Position numbers and translations under genes: made by a program. From Tubulanus polymorphus (Eukaryota; Animalia; Nemertea), in the NCBI RefSeq assembly GCF_964204645.1, contig NC_134028.1:14949653-15013652 (forward strand): a stretch of DNA of 64,000 bases. Direction: 5' to 3'. The notes beneath the pieces were generated by a model that did no database searches, was not told the origin of the DNA, and saw nothing but the letters and a program-made list of their open reading frames with translations. Position 1 is the stretch's first letter. Each line of letters starts with the position of its first letter. This document shows positions 63,932-64,000 of this stretch, in pieces.

Positions 63932-64000
63932 ATGGTAGAATTAAAAGAATACAGAATATTTGTTGATTCTAGAAGACTTACAAATTATAAATCACATAAT
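63932..64000 (+). CDS. Start of penton-like ORF (partial, window edge)
   Basis: MVELKEYRIFVDSRRLTNYKSHN, homologous to 56383. Confidence 0.65.
   Translation, partial: MVELKEYRIFVDSRRLTNYKSHN

Larger units (their letters stand above)
59699..64000 (+). mobile_element. Hairpin-ended Polinton/adintovirus-like element, left part (runs off the window)
   Basis: Terminus (G)AGTAATAGGGG, 154-nt fold-back, pPolB, small ORF, penton-like start. Confidence 0.9.

Overview
AT-rich eukaryotic (invertebrate-like) genomic DNA, not prokaryotic. It holds one spliced host gene, SIRT7 (+ strand, 8 coding exons 21518-46567; exon 1 not found), buried in nested transposons: Helentron-associated HINE repeats, hAT5/hAT6/PIF/Tc1-type MITEs, a complete BEL/Pao LTR element with identical LTRs, an older BEL remnant and a LINE fragment. 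The most striking content is a family of very AT-rich virus-like elements at three loci (3397-8906, 55800-57088, 59699 to window end). They share a terminal fold-back hairpin (72-bp arms with conserved mismatches in the fullest copy). Together they encode a Polinton/adintovirus-type protein-primed DNA polymerase B, a small putative OB-fold protein, a penton-like capsid protein and a long ORF with Rep_trans-like nickase motifs, almost all starting in a TAAATG context. All copies here are damaged or partial. Protein family calls come from motif recognition by eye and need HMM or structure confirmation.
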